A stretch of DNA of 63,808 nucleotides, filler included, from Octopus bimaculoides (Eukaryota), in assembly GCF_001194135.2 (NCBI RefSeq). It is 6 parts of 6 records of this genome, joined end to end, with 100 filler letters (N's around TTAATTAATTAA, not from the genome) between each part and the next. Parts side by side here need not be neighbours in the genome. Positions count along the whole stretch, not along the records: positions 1 to 14,993 come from NC_068988.1; positions 15,094 to 23,373 come from NC_068993.1; positions 23,474 to 43,280 come from NC_068982.1; 3 more parts are not named here. One strand, given 5' to 3'. Positions 13,678-26,201 of the stretch are shown here, one piece after another. The translations under genes were made by a program, and so were the position numbers. Positions within the stretch are counted from its first letter, which is position 1; every line of letters begins with the position of its first letter. Below the pieces are notes generated by a model, which had not been told where the DNA came from, made no database searches, and saw only the letters and a program-made list of their open reading frames with translations.

Positions 13678-14656
13678 CATCTTTCTTTCCTTTCCTGAGG
13701 NNNNNNNNNNNNNNNNNNNNNNNNNNNNNNNNNNNNNNNNNNNNNNNNNNNNNNNNNNNNNNNNNNNNNNNNNNNNNNNNNNNNNNNNNNNNNNNNNNNN
13801 NNNNNNNNNNNNNNNNNNNNNNNNNNNNNNNNNNNNNNNNNNNNNNNTATATTCCTGCAGAACTAATGTGGGGTATAGAATATGGAATATACAATATATA
13901 ATATAATATACAATATATAATATAAAATAAAATAAAAATGGATGGCACCATGAAATAAAGTATTGAATGTAGATGAAATATTGAGTGTTCAATATAAAGG
14001 ATCAAATATATAAATATATAAATATAAATATATATATATAAAGGCGACTCGAGTTTCAGGGCTATTTCCCTTCATCATGGCCGGTATGACAATCTATATA
14101 TGAAGGGAGCAAAATGTAACCACATGTGAATCGTTGGCGATTTTCTTCTTCCGTCTTCCCTTCTATTGAACTTTCCTCTGTTTCCGAAGAAGAGCGTCTG
14201 CTCGAAATGTTAAACCATCTTTCTTTCCTTTCCTGAGGACGTGGTACATTACAGGAATCAAGAGAACCTATCAAGGTAAATACCGCATATATATGCTTAT
14301 TTACCTTGATAGGTTCTCTTATATAGATATCTGGTGAATAATAGCACTGGCATATATCGTAATTGACGAGAATCATCTAGCATGGATGCCAGAACCCCCA
14401 GATCATGTGATTTCAGTGTACTGTGCTTCTTCAATAGCAGGCAACGTGTGACCGTATATTGAGCCAAATCTCGCTGCCACGATATATAGCATATCTTTTC
14501 AGTCATTGATGTCGCGAATAACAATACATGTCGTCATTTCACTGTCGAATTTTTTCATTGAGTGTTTAACCAACAATGGTATGCAACAAATAATGTCAAA
14601 AATCATGCGATACCTATGCATATGTTACACATGCATATACATACACATACATCCAC

Positions 14657-14719
<63 letters not shown>

Positions 14720-14993
14720 ATCATGGACGGACGGTAGACACATCGGCTCCCATGTAAGTTGCATTTTTCACCTCTTAAAAGACCTATTTTGTTTTAAAAT
14801 TTTGTATAAGTTGTATATAACACAAAATACTTCGTGAACATATATTTTTCAAATCGGAAATAGCTCTATTTAGAGCCTTATTTCCAAAAATTCAAACATA
14901 TCTTCCTCGTTCCTAGCCATATTCTTTAAAACGAATATGGCTAAGGTTTTCAACGAGGCCGACTTCCCGCTCCTGATGCCAGAGGCGAAAACA

Positions 14994-15093
14994 NNNNNNN
15001 NNNNNNNNNNNNNNNNNNNNNNNNNNNNNNNNNNNNNTTAATTAATTAANNNNNNNNNNNNNNNNNNNNNNNNNNNNNNNNNNNNNNNNNNNN
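14994..15093. other. Assembly join 44N+TTAATTAATTAA+44N; same at 23374-23473, 43281-43380, 53290-53389, 62403-62502
   Basis: Identical 100-bp layout five times; the 12-mer has TAA in all six frames. Confidence 0.95.
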
Positions 15094-15227
15094 CGATTTC
15101 TCTTTCTGAAAGTCCCTGTTTATCTAGATTCTCCTGTATGCATTTACTAACATGTATGTATGTATGCATGTATGTATGTATGTATGTACGTATGTATGTA
15201 TGCTATTAATACATGTAATATACTCAC

Positions 15228-15311
15228 GGTAAATTTTCTTCACAATCTCAGAACTACCTGCTCTTAAGGAGAATTGCATTTCGTCGTTGAAAACTCCCAT
15301 TCGAATACAAA
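15228..15311 (-). CDS. Internal coding exon (84 nt, phase 1-1) of an unidentified host gene: LCIRMGVFNDEMQFSLRAGSSEIVKKIY
   Basis: Acceptor ttttctttttttcag|, donor |gtgagt, open frame, splices in frame to exon 15586-15798. Confidence 0.8.
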
Positions 15312-15585
15312 CTGAAAAAAGAAAATAATTATTCCCTTAATTACTCCCTTTACTTATTTATTTATCTATTTATTTATTTATTTATTTCATCTCAGAGAGG
15401 GGAAACAAACCTCGCGAGGTATTCCGTCCAACGATCTATCAACTTTGGCAATTTGCCGTGAGATTTTAGTCATTCTGTCTCTTGAGACTTACATTAGAAA
15501 ACAGGTATACTTTATCGTTCAAATTCACACTTAATTTAGGTATTTCAATATATTAACAAGGGGAAAATAAACGAACAATACTTAC

Positions 15586-15798
15586 GCTTAGGGAGGCTAA
15601 ACAGACTAACACAGCATTCCCCTATATTCTGGTTCCAAGAACATTTCATACTTTTAAGATCTTGCAACTCACGATTTTCATCAACTTCATTGACCAGTAT
15701 TTCATTCTGAAGTTGCATACCATTACGCTCGGCCATTCGATCAGCCATAAGTTGTTCCATCAGTTTCTGTAAAAGAGCTCTTTCAAAAGTACTAGTAC
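15586..15798 (-). CDS. Internal coding exon (213 nt, phase 1-1) of the same gene: TSTFERALLQKLMEQLMADRMAERNGMQLQNEILVNEVDENRELQDLKSMKCSWNQNIGECCVSLFSLPK
   Basis: Acceptor ctcttttctatattaaatttacag|, donor |gtaagt, 71 codons with no stop and non-repetitive composition. Confidence 0.85.
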
Positions 15799-16034
15799 CT
15801 GTAAATTTAATATAGAAAAGAGAATTAACTATTCAAGTATGGCGATATATCATTCGATGGAAGCATGCGTATTGCGATAGGACACATGTATTCATATATG
15901 TGTGAAGACATTTCATCGAGTAAAGAGACAAGTATATACACATGTGGAGTAGGGTGTATGCATGTATAATGTATCTATATTTGCGTTTGCCCATATATAT
16001 ATGCACGCATATTTATACATGTTCATATATATAT

Positions 16035-16960
16035 TGTTGTATAATGAAACAGCACACACCCTCGATAAAAAGTGGTAGTAACCAGCCATTATAAATAGCC
16101 AGTCGACACGAGATGGTTAGAAGGTCGAGATTACGTGTAGAATGTGCTGATAGTCGATCTGTGCTGATGTAGTAATCATGCCGTAATACTGAGTGTACGT
16201 CATAACGCTGTATCCTTTTCAGGACAGTATCACAGTACGACTAGGGGTCGTACAGTGCCAGATAGATCCTTCTTTCGACGTCTTCGGAATATAGCAATAT
16301 CTGTCAGAGTGACAACAGTCGTCAAAAGACAGATACAGCAGTAGCAAAAGACCGCTTTACAACAGTGGCGACGAGGAAAAACAAATTTACGCGGAGTGAA
16401 AAAAGAAGCATTCACATCGAGAGTTTAAAATAATTCACGTGGAAAATTAAATACCACGATAAAAAATCTTGTGCAAAAATCTCGTGTAAAATTCTTGTGT
16501 AAAAATCTTGTGCAAACATACGAAAATCGTTAAAATATGGAAGACTTGTTAGCTGCTTAAATTGTAAAAACATCAACAACAACAACTCAAGGAACAACGA
16601 GAACAACAACAAGTATTGCAGCAACAAATGTTACAACTGATGAATACATCTTCACTTGGCCGTGTGGCAAATTTCATAATCAAATTCAAATATGACTTTG
16701 AGGAAGGAGTAACCTTCGCGGCTTACTTTCGAAGATTCCAACAAAATTTTGAAAAAGAATGTCAGGATTGGACGGACGATACGAAAACGTGTCTAGTTTT
16801 AAGAAAGCTAGGGACAGCAGAGCAGAAGAAGTATAATAACGTCATATTGCCCTCCCGGCCAAAAAAGCGTCCGGTAAAAATTTCACCGACACAGTTGATA
16901 TTTTGCGCAGAACGTTTAGTGAAAAGAGCTCACTGCTTAATACTAGATGGAAATATTTAA
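16035..16960 (+). mobile_element. Ty3/Gypsy retrotransposon 5' part: LTR 16035-16364, PBS 16366-16377, gag fragment 16616-16960
   Basis: LTR bounded by TGTTGTA...TACAACA. PBS TGGCGACGAGGA complements the 3' end of metazoan tRNA-Ser(GCU), recalled as ...AUCCUCGUCGCCA. Gag-like FKYDFEEGVTFAAYFRRF...KTCLVLRKLGTAE...ILP. Confidence 0.85.
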
Positions 16961-17591
16961 ACATAGAGAACAGCGAAGATGGATGCATGGATGGACGGAC
17001 GGATGTGCGGGTATATTGTGTAGAAATAGATTACCACTAACCTTTACTTATCTTTGGTTCCAATTGTATGGCAGCACCATTACCCAGACATACCATTACA
17101 GCTAAGTAGAAGATTACGGTTATCATATTCATTGTGCTTTTGATTTCGTCTTCTCAAAATTCGAAACAGAATCGCTAGTGAGGAAGAAGTTTTACAGCGA
17201 CAGATGATAGACAAATGCGTAACAAGAATACGCTCCGTTCTATATTTATAGTGTTTAATGTGATTCGTGTACAATTCATTTTATTGATATGATATTGAAA
17301 ACAAATGAAAGATAAAGGGACATTTATTCTTAGTTAGATAAAACAGAAAACTATTTAAGTCATTACATCAACAAAGCATACTTCAAACTCTTAAGAATGA
17401 AGGATTCTTTTGTCTGGACGTTCGCGTTTCAGGAATCGTTTTACAAATAGTTCATTTATATACAATATTTCACGCCATCGCTCTTTTGGGCTAAATGTTA
17501 ATTGTCTTTACAAACATCACGCTTGCAACAATGAAACCATTTTTCTTTGAAGCCTCAGATTTAATAAGCCTCTGAATTAACAATTAATTAT

Positions 17592-17743
17592 AGGCGCAGG
17601 AGTGGCTGTGTGATAAGTAGCTTGCTTACCAACCACATGGTCCTGGGTTCAGGAATATGTGGCAGCCTCTACTATAGCCTCGGGTCGACCAAAGCTTTGT
17701 GAGTAGATTTGGTAGATGGAAACTGGAAGAAGCCCGTTGTATA

Positions 17744-17745
<2 letters not shown>
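17592..17745 (+). mobile_element. OK-type SINE, 5' half
   Basis: ggcgcaggagtggctgtgtgataagtagcttgcttaccaaccacatgg..gaagcccgt. Confidence 0.9.
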
Positions 17746-17788
<43 letters not shown>

Positions 17789-17793
17789 AAGTC

Positions 17794-18720
17794 CTGACCA
17801 TATTGTCAAGAGGAACTCGTGAGGCAATTATTTAAATCTGTATTAAAAATTCTCCTCTGTGGCTGAATTTCATCCGATACAGATTAAGCCAAAATATCAG
17901 GACAACAGCAGATCAAAGGGAAAATGCAGCATCGTTCTTGCATCTTGGCAATGGAACATATGCAGCTCCACAAGATCTTAATCTTGCTGTTGATGACATA
18001 GAAGTGCCTCAAATTTCATGCTTTGACGGCTCTCTGGTGAGTGATACCTTCAACAATACATCTGAAGAAAACGGAAGAAGCAGAGTAATTCTTTCACCAA
18101 AGAACTCAGACTGCCTCCTGGTCAATTGAGAAGTTTTGAGACAACTTCCATGTGACTGCTGCACCTATTATAGTACAGATAAAGTTTTGACAGATGATTC
18201 TGCTGAGGCTGAGCGCTATCTACTTGAATTTCTAAACTCTTTGACACCATCAGGAGTGCCTCCTCATAAACTGAGTGTAAAATCCGGCTCAATAGCAATA
18301 TTTCTTCGTAAAATTTCTACCCAGAATATCACAAGACTGGAAGTAGTGGCTATACATCAACATTCAGTCGAGGCTTCCTTGATTAGCGGCTCACTAATTG
18401 GCAGACGTGGCCTCATACCCAGAATAAAGCTGGCTCCAAGCGACCTTTACATGCAATTCACCTTGAGGAGAACCCAGTCTCCTGTTCGTTTGTCATATGC
18501 CATGACTATTAACAAGTCACAGAGGCAGACATTTGAGAAGGTGGGAGATTGTTCTTACCTCAGCCAGTGTTCAGTCACAGGCAGTTGTATGTGGTATACT
18601 CTAGAGCCCGCAAACTTTCAGATGTAAGGGTTAAGGTGATGGAGACAGACAGACAGACAACGTAGGAGAAGAGGGCGAACTGTTACTAAGAACATTGTCT
18701 GCTGAGAGGTACTGACTTGA
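17794..18720 (+). pseudogene. Helitron PIF1-family helicase C-terminal relic
   Basis: One frame with two stops: IKNSPLW..L..NIR..LHLGNG..ILSPKN..VN*EVL..FLNSLTPSGVPPHKL..IPRIKL..RRTQSPVRLSYAMTINKSQRQTF; terminal TKNIVC*EVL matches the RepHel end motif TKN(I/V)VY.EVL. Confidence 0.92.
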
Positions 18721-18799
18721 AGGGGTGTCGTATTTTCAGAAATTCTGTAGATACTTGATTGCATTAAGTATGTGTCCTTGGTTTTTATATATATACTTT

Positions 18800-19171
18800 C
18801 TTTACTCTTTTACTTGTTTCAGTCATTTGACTGCGGCCATGCTGCAGCACCGCTTTTAGTCGAGCAAATCAACCCCGGGACTTATTCTTTGTAAGCCCAG
18901 TGCTTATTATAGCGGTCTCTTTTTGCCGAACCACTAAGTGACGGGGACATAAGCACGCCAGCATCGGTTGTCAAGCAATGCTACGGGGACAGACACACGC
19001 ACACACACACACACACATATATATATAAACATATATACGACGGGCTTCTTTCAGTTTCCGTCTACCAANNNNNNNNNNCATATATACGACGGGCTTCTTT
19101 CAGTTTCCGTCTACCAAATCCACTCACAAGGCTTTGGTCGGCCCGAGGCTATAGTAGAAGACACTTGCCCA
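18800..19171 (-). mobile_element. OK-type SINE, near full length, with internal microsatellite
   Basis: Reverse complement of 26775-27185; CpGs largely intact. Confidence 0.92.
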
Positions 19172-19885
19172 AGATCCCATATTAAATGTATTAAATGAAT
19201 ATCTTTCAAAAGAGGAAACTATCTATATATGAAATGTATTATACAGTTTTGTACATGTATAGGCCTATTGTTTTCTGTATTCATATCGGAGGAAACTGGC
19301 ATGGCTCCATGCTGAGAGGTGTAGTAGTACGTACTGATTGACACTGGCAATCTTTGTATACATGATGAACACTCCCAAGTATCTCTATGTGTTGTTTATT
19401 TTCCCAGTCACTGAGTAATGTATGTTAAAAAAGGATACAATTAATTGCTAAACTTTATGTATTTGTAAATAGAACTGTACAAAATATACGCAATTTTAGT
19501 ATTTGCTGCCTAAATATCTCATTCTATTATATATCTAGAGATTTTCATTACACCTTTCTTAAATGCATTATTTTTATACAACACATGTATGTAAAAACAG
19601 CTTATTCTTTACGCAGCATTCTATTAATCGGTTCGTGGAAAATCCGTGGGTCCCGCTAGTATACATAAATACACACACATACACACTCGCATTCACACAT
19701 ACACAGGCATGTACGAGCTGTATGTTAATTATGCTTATAAACATCACGTGTACAACAATGGATTCGTTTTATTTTGAAGCCCTCAAAATTAATAAACCTT
19801 CATACTTCATAATGCATCTGTCACAATACATATAGAGTCAATATACATGCATATGTACACACATATATGTAGATAGATCGATATA

Positions 19886-19948
<63 letters not shown>

Positions 19949-20605
19949 NNNNNNNNNNNNNNNNNNNNNNNNNNNNNNNNNNNNNNNNNNNNNNNNNNNN
20001 NNNNNNNNNNNNNNNNNNNNNNNNNNNNNNNNNNNNNNNNNNNNNNNNNNNNNNNNNNNNNNNNNNNNNNNNNNNNNNNNNNNNNNNNNNNNNNNNNNNN
20101 NNNNNNNNNNNNNNNNNNNNNNNNNNNNNNNNNNNNNNNNNNNNNNNNNNNNNNNNNNNNNNNNNNNNNNNNNNNNNNNNNNNNNNNNNNNNNNNNNNNN
20201 NNNNNNNNNNNNNNNNNNNNNNNNNNNNNNNNNNNNNNNNNNNNNNNNNNNNNNNNNNNNNNNNNNNNNNNNNNNNNNNNNNNNNNNNNNNNNNNNNNNN
20301 NNNNNNNNNNNNNNNNNNNNNNNNNNNNNNNNNNNNNNNNNNNNNNNNNNNNNNNNNNNNNNNNNNNNNNNNNNNNNNNNNNNNNNNNNNNNNNNNNNNN
20401 NNNNNNNNNNNNNNNNNNNNNNNNNNNNNNNNNNNNNNNNNNNNNNNNNNNNNNNNNNNNNNNNNNNNNNNNNNNNNNNNNNNNNNNNNNNNNNNNNNNN
20501 NNNNNNNNNNNNNNNNNNNNNNNNNNNNNNNNNNNNNNNNNNNNNNNNNNNNNNNNNNNNNNNNNNNNNNNNNNNNNNNNNNNNNNNNNNNNNNNNNNNN
20601 NNNNN

Positions 20606-20638
<33 letters not shown>

Positions 20639-21300
20639 GTATGCTTTTGGTACGAATTGTTTTTTATACTGCGCCGTGTTTTACAATCCTGCAAATAATA
20701 ATGGTATTTTTATATAAGCTTAAAGCTTATGCCGTTCACCGTGCAATGACTAAGGAAAATTAGTCTAATAAAGGGGCATATAAGCCCTCGACAAAAAAAC
20801 GAGGCTTTCCTATACGCGTGGGACTCGAACCCATATATATACGAGTGAGCAGAGAAACGAAAGAAAAGGACATTTACAACATTTAGTAGGTCTTACATGT
20901 TGAAAACAATTTGATTCGGTTCAAGGATACTCTTAGATTTTGCAGGTCCCGGACGGGAGGTGAACTCCTTCTGGCTTTTGGAATGCCAAATGGAGAAATA
21001 CAAGAGGTTCAACAAGATAGGCTGTTATTGATCAAGACGTCAGGGAGCAGGTAGGCGAAGGGGAAATTCAAAGAACGATAGTGGGTTGGGGACAGAGGGA
21101 ATATACTGGAGCCTGTAGAAAGGTACGAGAGTAAATAGAGGGACCACATATCACAGCACTTACAGCCCTTCTCAGCTCTACGCAGACACTGATAATACCT
21201 GCCGTAATTCTTTGGCGGCAACTGACCATACGAACCAAACCTCTGCAGGGAAGAAATTCCGACTCTACAGCTGGTAGGAAAACCTGCAAACACCCACCCC

Positions 21301-21341
<41 letters not shown>

Positions 21342-23033
21342 NNNNNNNNNNNNNNNNNNNNNNNNNNNNNNNNNNNNNNNNNNNNNNNNNNNNNNNNNNN
21401 NNNNNNNNNNNNNNNNNNNNNNNNNNNNNNNNNNNNNNNNNNNNNNNNNATATATTACAAATTAAAAGGGTAAAGGATTATCAATTTATTAATTAATAAA
21501 TCAATTAACAATTAATAATTTTTACCAAGCTCATCGGTATGAAAGCACCATTATTGGTGGAGAACTTATTTAAAAGCTCATATATATTTATAAATATAAT
21601 TAAGGGATCAGCAAATATTTACTTCACCATATACCGAGGTTCAGAAATATATATGTATGTAGGAGGAGGAGGAGGACGACGACGATGATTGTGGTGATGA
21701 TGAGGATGTTTGTGTGAGAGAGAGAATTTTGTGTGTTTGTGTGTGTGTGTCTGTGTGTATGTTTGTGTGTGTGTGTTTGTGTGTACGTGTGTGTTTTGTG
21801 TGTGTGCGTGTGCGGGTCTGCATGTGTATGCATGTATATATATGTGTTTTTGTGTGTGTGCGTTTGTGCGTGGGTGGGTTTGTGTGTGTAACTTTTCATA
21901 TAATCACAGCATGTGAAGAAATATTTTCTGATAGAAATTCCAAATATTTACTATATAAATAAAATCTCAAAAACAAAAATCTTAACGACTGATACAAACT
22001 TTTCGGAAGATTTGTGCGTGTTTTTCTATGTTCACAGCTCTTCAGAAACACGTGATTTTGAATAATCGCTGAACAGAAAGTAATTTCCGGATGTAGATTT
22101 CATGTAAAATATACTTTTCGTTGTTGTAGTTGATCATCCTCTTACTTCATTGGCATAGATATTTAGATCATTACATGGAAAATTTCTAAGACAAGTTTCT
22201 TTGATTTCTTTGATTTCTTTGATTTCTTTGATTTGTGTCCAACTCGATCTATGAATAATTATACCGTTTGGCCGATATAGTTCTCATTTCATTAGAAACA
22301 AATGTGTTTCATTTCTATCTAAAGTCGGGTTAATATATGCATATTTTGCATCGAATGCAATTACACTATATTTATATTTAAACTCAGTCGATTGATAGGT
22401 AATTATAGCAGTGTTCTTTATGTAAATAACAATTTCTATGGCAACCAACGACACCTGAAATGCAGTCATTTCCAGTTTTTTGTACGAAGGATTAATTCGA
22501 AAATGTATGCATTGAGAAATACCGTACATGGGCATTTGATTACATTAAACAACTCTATAAACTTTCTGATATTTATATATTCCATTTAATATACAAGAAA
22601 TGTGAGTTTGTACTGACTCAAATAAAATTTTATTGTATTAAATATATTTTATCCAATTCCATCAGAAAAGGAATACTGTCTCGTGTCATAATAGTTGAGA
22701 AATTTCCCTTGTATTACGGTACCCAAAATAAATTGTAGAATGAAATGAAAAGAAAATCAAACGTACAACAAAACAAAACATACATCAATAAAATATTTAT
22801 TGAGCAAAAAATGGTTTCTCATATTCTTGTGATTTTATTATCGATTTGTTACCTATTGTTTCTCTATTCCTACCTATCAATATACTTTACTGTTTAATCA
22901 ATATAATATATTACCAATATGCTTGATTACTTTTTTAGCTCTGTTGTATAATTAGTTAAGGGTAGCAACATATAACTGGGTTGCTGTCATTTCCCAAAAG
23001 ATAGATACGCAATGGGTATATAAATATAAAATA

Positions 23034-23061
<28 letters not shown>

Positions 23062-23070
<9 letters not shown>

Positions 23071-23075
23071 GAGAA

Positions 23076-23110
<35 letters not shown>

Positions 23111-23373
23111 GTGAATCCCTAAAACTCGAGAACTACGCAACCAATTTCATTCAAATTTTACACATGCCTTACTTAGGGTTCCAGTTGTATTTTAGTCAAA
23201 AAAAATTATTAACTTCTTGCAGAGTTCGAGCACACGGCAACATAATATCTCCTCCACTATTTAAGTATTACGTGTCAAAAGTGAAACAAAAACACTCATG
23301 TCAAATACTTTCACTTTAAAAGTGAAACTATTCCACTAACTGAAACAATCACATTTCGATACTGTAGTGACAG
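23062..23373 (+). mobile_element. Non-autonomous Helitron-like element, 5' end, truncated by a gap
   Basis: tatatataaatgagaa(tgtc)n..cctaaaactcgagaactacgcaaccaatttcattcaaattttacac resembles Lep1/Helitron-derivative 5' ends. Confidence 0.6.
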
Positions 23374-25913
23374 NNNNNNNNNNNNNNNNNNNNNNNNNNN
23401 NNNNNNNNNNNNNNNNNTTAATTAATTAANNNNNNNNNNNNNNNNNNNNNNNNNNNNNNNNNNNNNNNNNNNNTATATATATGTATATATATATATTTCT
23501 TTTACGTATCTAATATAGTTAGCAGGAAAACTTTTCATCAACTGTAATTATTCTTGAAATTTGGGAGTAAAACGTGCTTTTAGTTGGGTGACTTAAATCA
23601 ATAAAAAAAACGCAGGGAAGGGAGATAACTCATACAATCTTAACTGCCAAAATTTGGGTTGCTAAAAAGATACAGTTTAGAGGGAATGTTGACAGAGTGG
23701 AAGAGGAGAAATAATGAAATAAACTAGTGTGTGGGAATAATAAATGAGAGTGAAAGGCGGTAAAAAGGAATAACTGAAAGAAGACAAAATGAAACAAATG
23801 AAGAAAGTTAAGGAAATGAACAAAAATATAATCTTTTGCTTTCTGAAGTGCACTACGTTCATATACACGCACACATGTGTGTGTATATAGTTATATATGT
23901 ATATGTGTGAGTATTTTTTTTATAAAAACATGTCTCGTACGAAACAGTTGATATTAAATATTGCCTTGCGTATGGGATATCTAGCATGTAGTAAAGCAGA
24001 TACTAGTGTAATACATGAAGTATTGTTGCTAGTACATTTGAAATGATTGATTGGTAGAATCATAAGATCGTCGAACAAATGCCTTGTGGTATTCGTTCCG
24101 ACTTCCTGCAACCTGTGCTCAAATCCTGCTGAAGCTAATTTTGTCGAGAAATTGAAATACCTGTTGAATATTGAAATAGATTTCTTTCTTTCTTTTTCTC
24201 GCTCTAAGAACCGGCCACTTATATTTTTCAAGACAAGCACTTTAATTCTAATGCAGCGGAAGAATGCAGCCGCCGAGGCGCGGGGGAGAAGGTAACACTT
24301 CGTGGTGATGAGCATATTTCCGCTGATAGCAATACAGTAACTATATTCTCTTTTATCGACCTCGGAGGAAATGGAAGACAGAGTCGGCAGTGTTCTGAAC
24401 TCAAATTGTAGACTGAAAACTTTTTTTTTAAATATCTTCATTTTGTATTTCTTTTTATACCTAAGTTTGTATTTGTTTTTATACCTAGGTTTCTTTGTAG
24501 GAATATCATATCGATACGAGTCCCTGACTGGTTCTTTATTTTCTCGAACTTACGCAAAAACGAAGGCAATGCTGAATACAGAACCTAACTAAATACAAAA
24601 AACATTTTGTCTTGTATCCTAATGATCCTGTCAATAGCAACAGATTGACAGACTTACGACCAAATACATTCTAACTATGATTCGCCTCAGCCAAATAGTG
24701 TATCCAGGGAATCATCATTCTGGAAGTTCTTTCATAAGACAGTAAGATGAGAATTGTGAGAGATTTCACTGCTATTTCTAGCCAATCCAACGATCAACGA
24801 GAAGCCATGTTTGTTGGCTTGACATTATTTTTTTATCAAATCTTAGTCTTGCTGTCTGCTGTGGTATAGATGTTTATTTACTACACGGTAAATAAATATT
24901 ACTAAACCGAGGAAGGACTGACAAAACTGTTGGCCTCCTGGATTTTATTTGACAGCGATAAAATTTCTAAACGACTTTAAACATAGCGATAATTGTTATT
25001 GGCGTCAATTTAAATAAATAAATAAATCCCGAGCACCTGCTTCATTAACATGTCAGGTTATACAGTGAGTTCAATGTCCGTATGTATTCAACGCCCTTAA
25101 AGCACCTATCGTCCTCAGGGGTAGTGTATTAACCTTTCAGACTGGGATATTGTACAATAGTGGTTAACTCTTTTTATGAAGCGGTGAACCATTTTTTCTT
25201 TCCAGTGAGTAGCCAGTATTTGTATTTTCATATTAAATAGCTGAATAGCCATTTGTAAATCGACTTTTTAAAGACACTGTAAATAGTTGATAAAAGTTGC
25301 GTTAAATCTTTTATTCTCTCATTTCCTTCTTATTTTCTATACTTTTAAAGAATTTTATTTTAGTTTCAACAGCTTTTGTCTGTTTAATACCTCTATCCTA
25401 ACTCTATAAAGGTGGAGTTGTACTTCCGATACGTTTTTAAAAGGAGCAGTTAAAGAAAATAGACAGAAAATTCATTCAAATTTTTATATAAATAAAGATT
25501 CGAATGTCATTGAACCACACGTCCGTAATAAGAATAAAAAAGCAGTGCCTGGAGCTCCTTTAGGTCAAACAGGCACCAGTTGAATGTTTCGACTCTATAT
25601 ATTGTAACACGGACAAAATTAGATTGACGCTAGTCGTTAACGCACGAAGTGACATTCGTGAAAGAGTTTGAACCAAGCTCAGCAAATTTAGAAATAATTT
25701 TTTAATGAGCAAATGAGGAAGTCGTTATGCGATCATTGTCTCAGCCAAAAACAAAAGGCGTATGTTCCTCAGATGACATCCGACTAAAATAAAAGAAAGC
25801 GCTCATTGGACAATATAGTTCCTGATACACAAGACGATGGACTGGTCACGGTTGGAACACATTTCATCATAGATCTGCTCAATCAGGGCTTACAGGGGGA
25901 TAAACAACAGCAA

Positions 25914-26078
25914 TTCTTTACTTTTATTTGTTTCAGTCACATGACTGCGGCTATGCTGGAGCACTGCCTTTAGTCGAACAAATCAACCCCAGGACTTATT
26001 CTTTGTAAGCCTAGTACTTATTCTATCGGTCTATTTTGCCAAACTGCTAAGTTACGGGGACGTAAACACACCAGCATC
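25914..26078 (-). mobile_element. OK-type SINE, 3' half
   Basis: tgtttcagtca..gactgcggc..agtcgaacaaatcaaccccaggacttattc..gctaagttacggggacgtaaacac. Confidence 0.9.
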
Positions 26079-26201
26079 TTAATATTTATATCTATGTCAA
26101 GTTTTATAAAAGAGAACAGTTTAACATTTAACTGAAGGATTTCGCGAGATTTTTTTAGTGATTTTTTAGAGATTTTTAAAACTTTTACAAGGAAAATGTC
26201 A

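Larger units (their letters stand above)
13489..14238. repeat. 212-bp exact direct duplication (13489-13700 = 14027-14238) separated by a gap and AT-rich DNA
   Basis: Base-for-base identity read directly. The first copy ends exactly at the N-run, so it may be an assembly or haplotype duplicate. Confidence 0.9.

Noticed and set aside
19030-19117. 39-bp direct repeat around a 10-N gap
   Set aside because: Contig-overlap artefact inside one SINE.
20790-20840. tRNA gene (B-box-like motif); also the SINE heads
   Set aside because: No cloverleaf or A-box; the SINE heads are tRNA-derived, not tRNA genes.
22195-22235. (TTTCTTTGA)x4
   Set aside because: Ordinary short tandem repeat.
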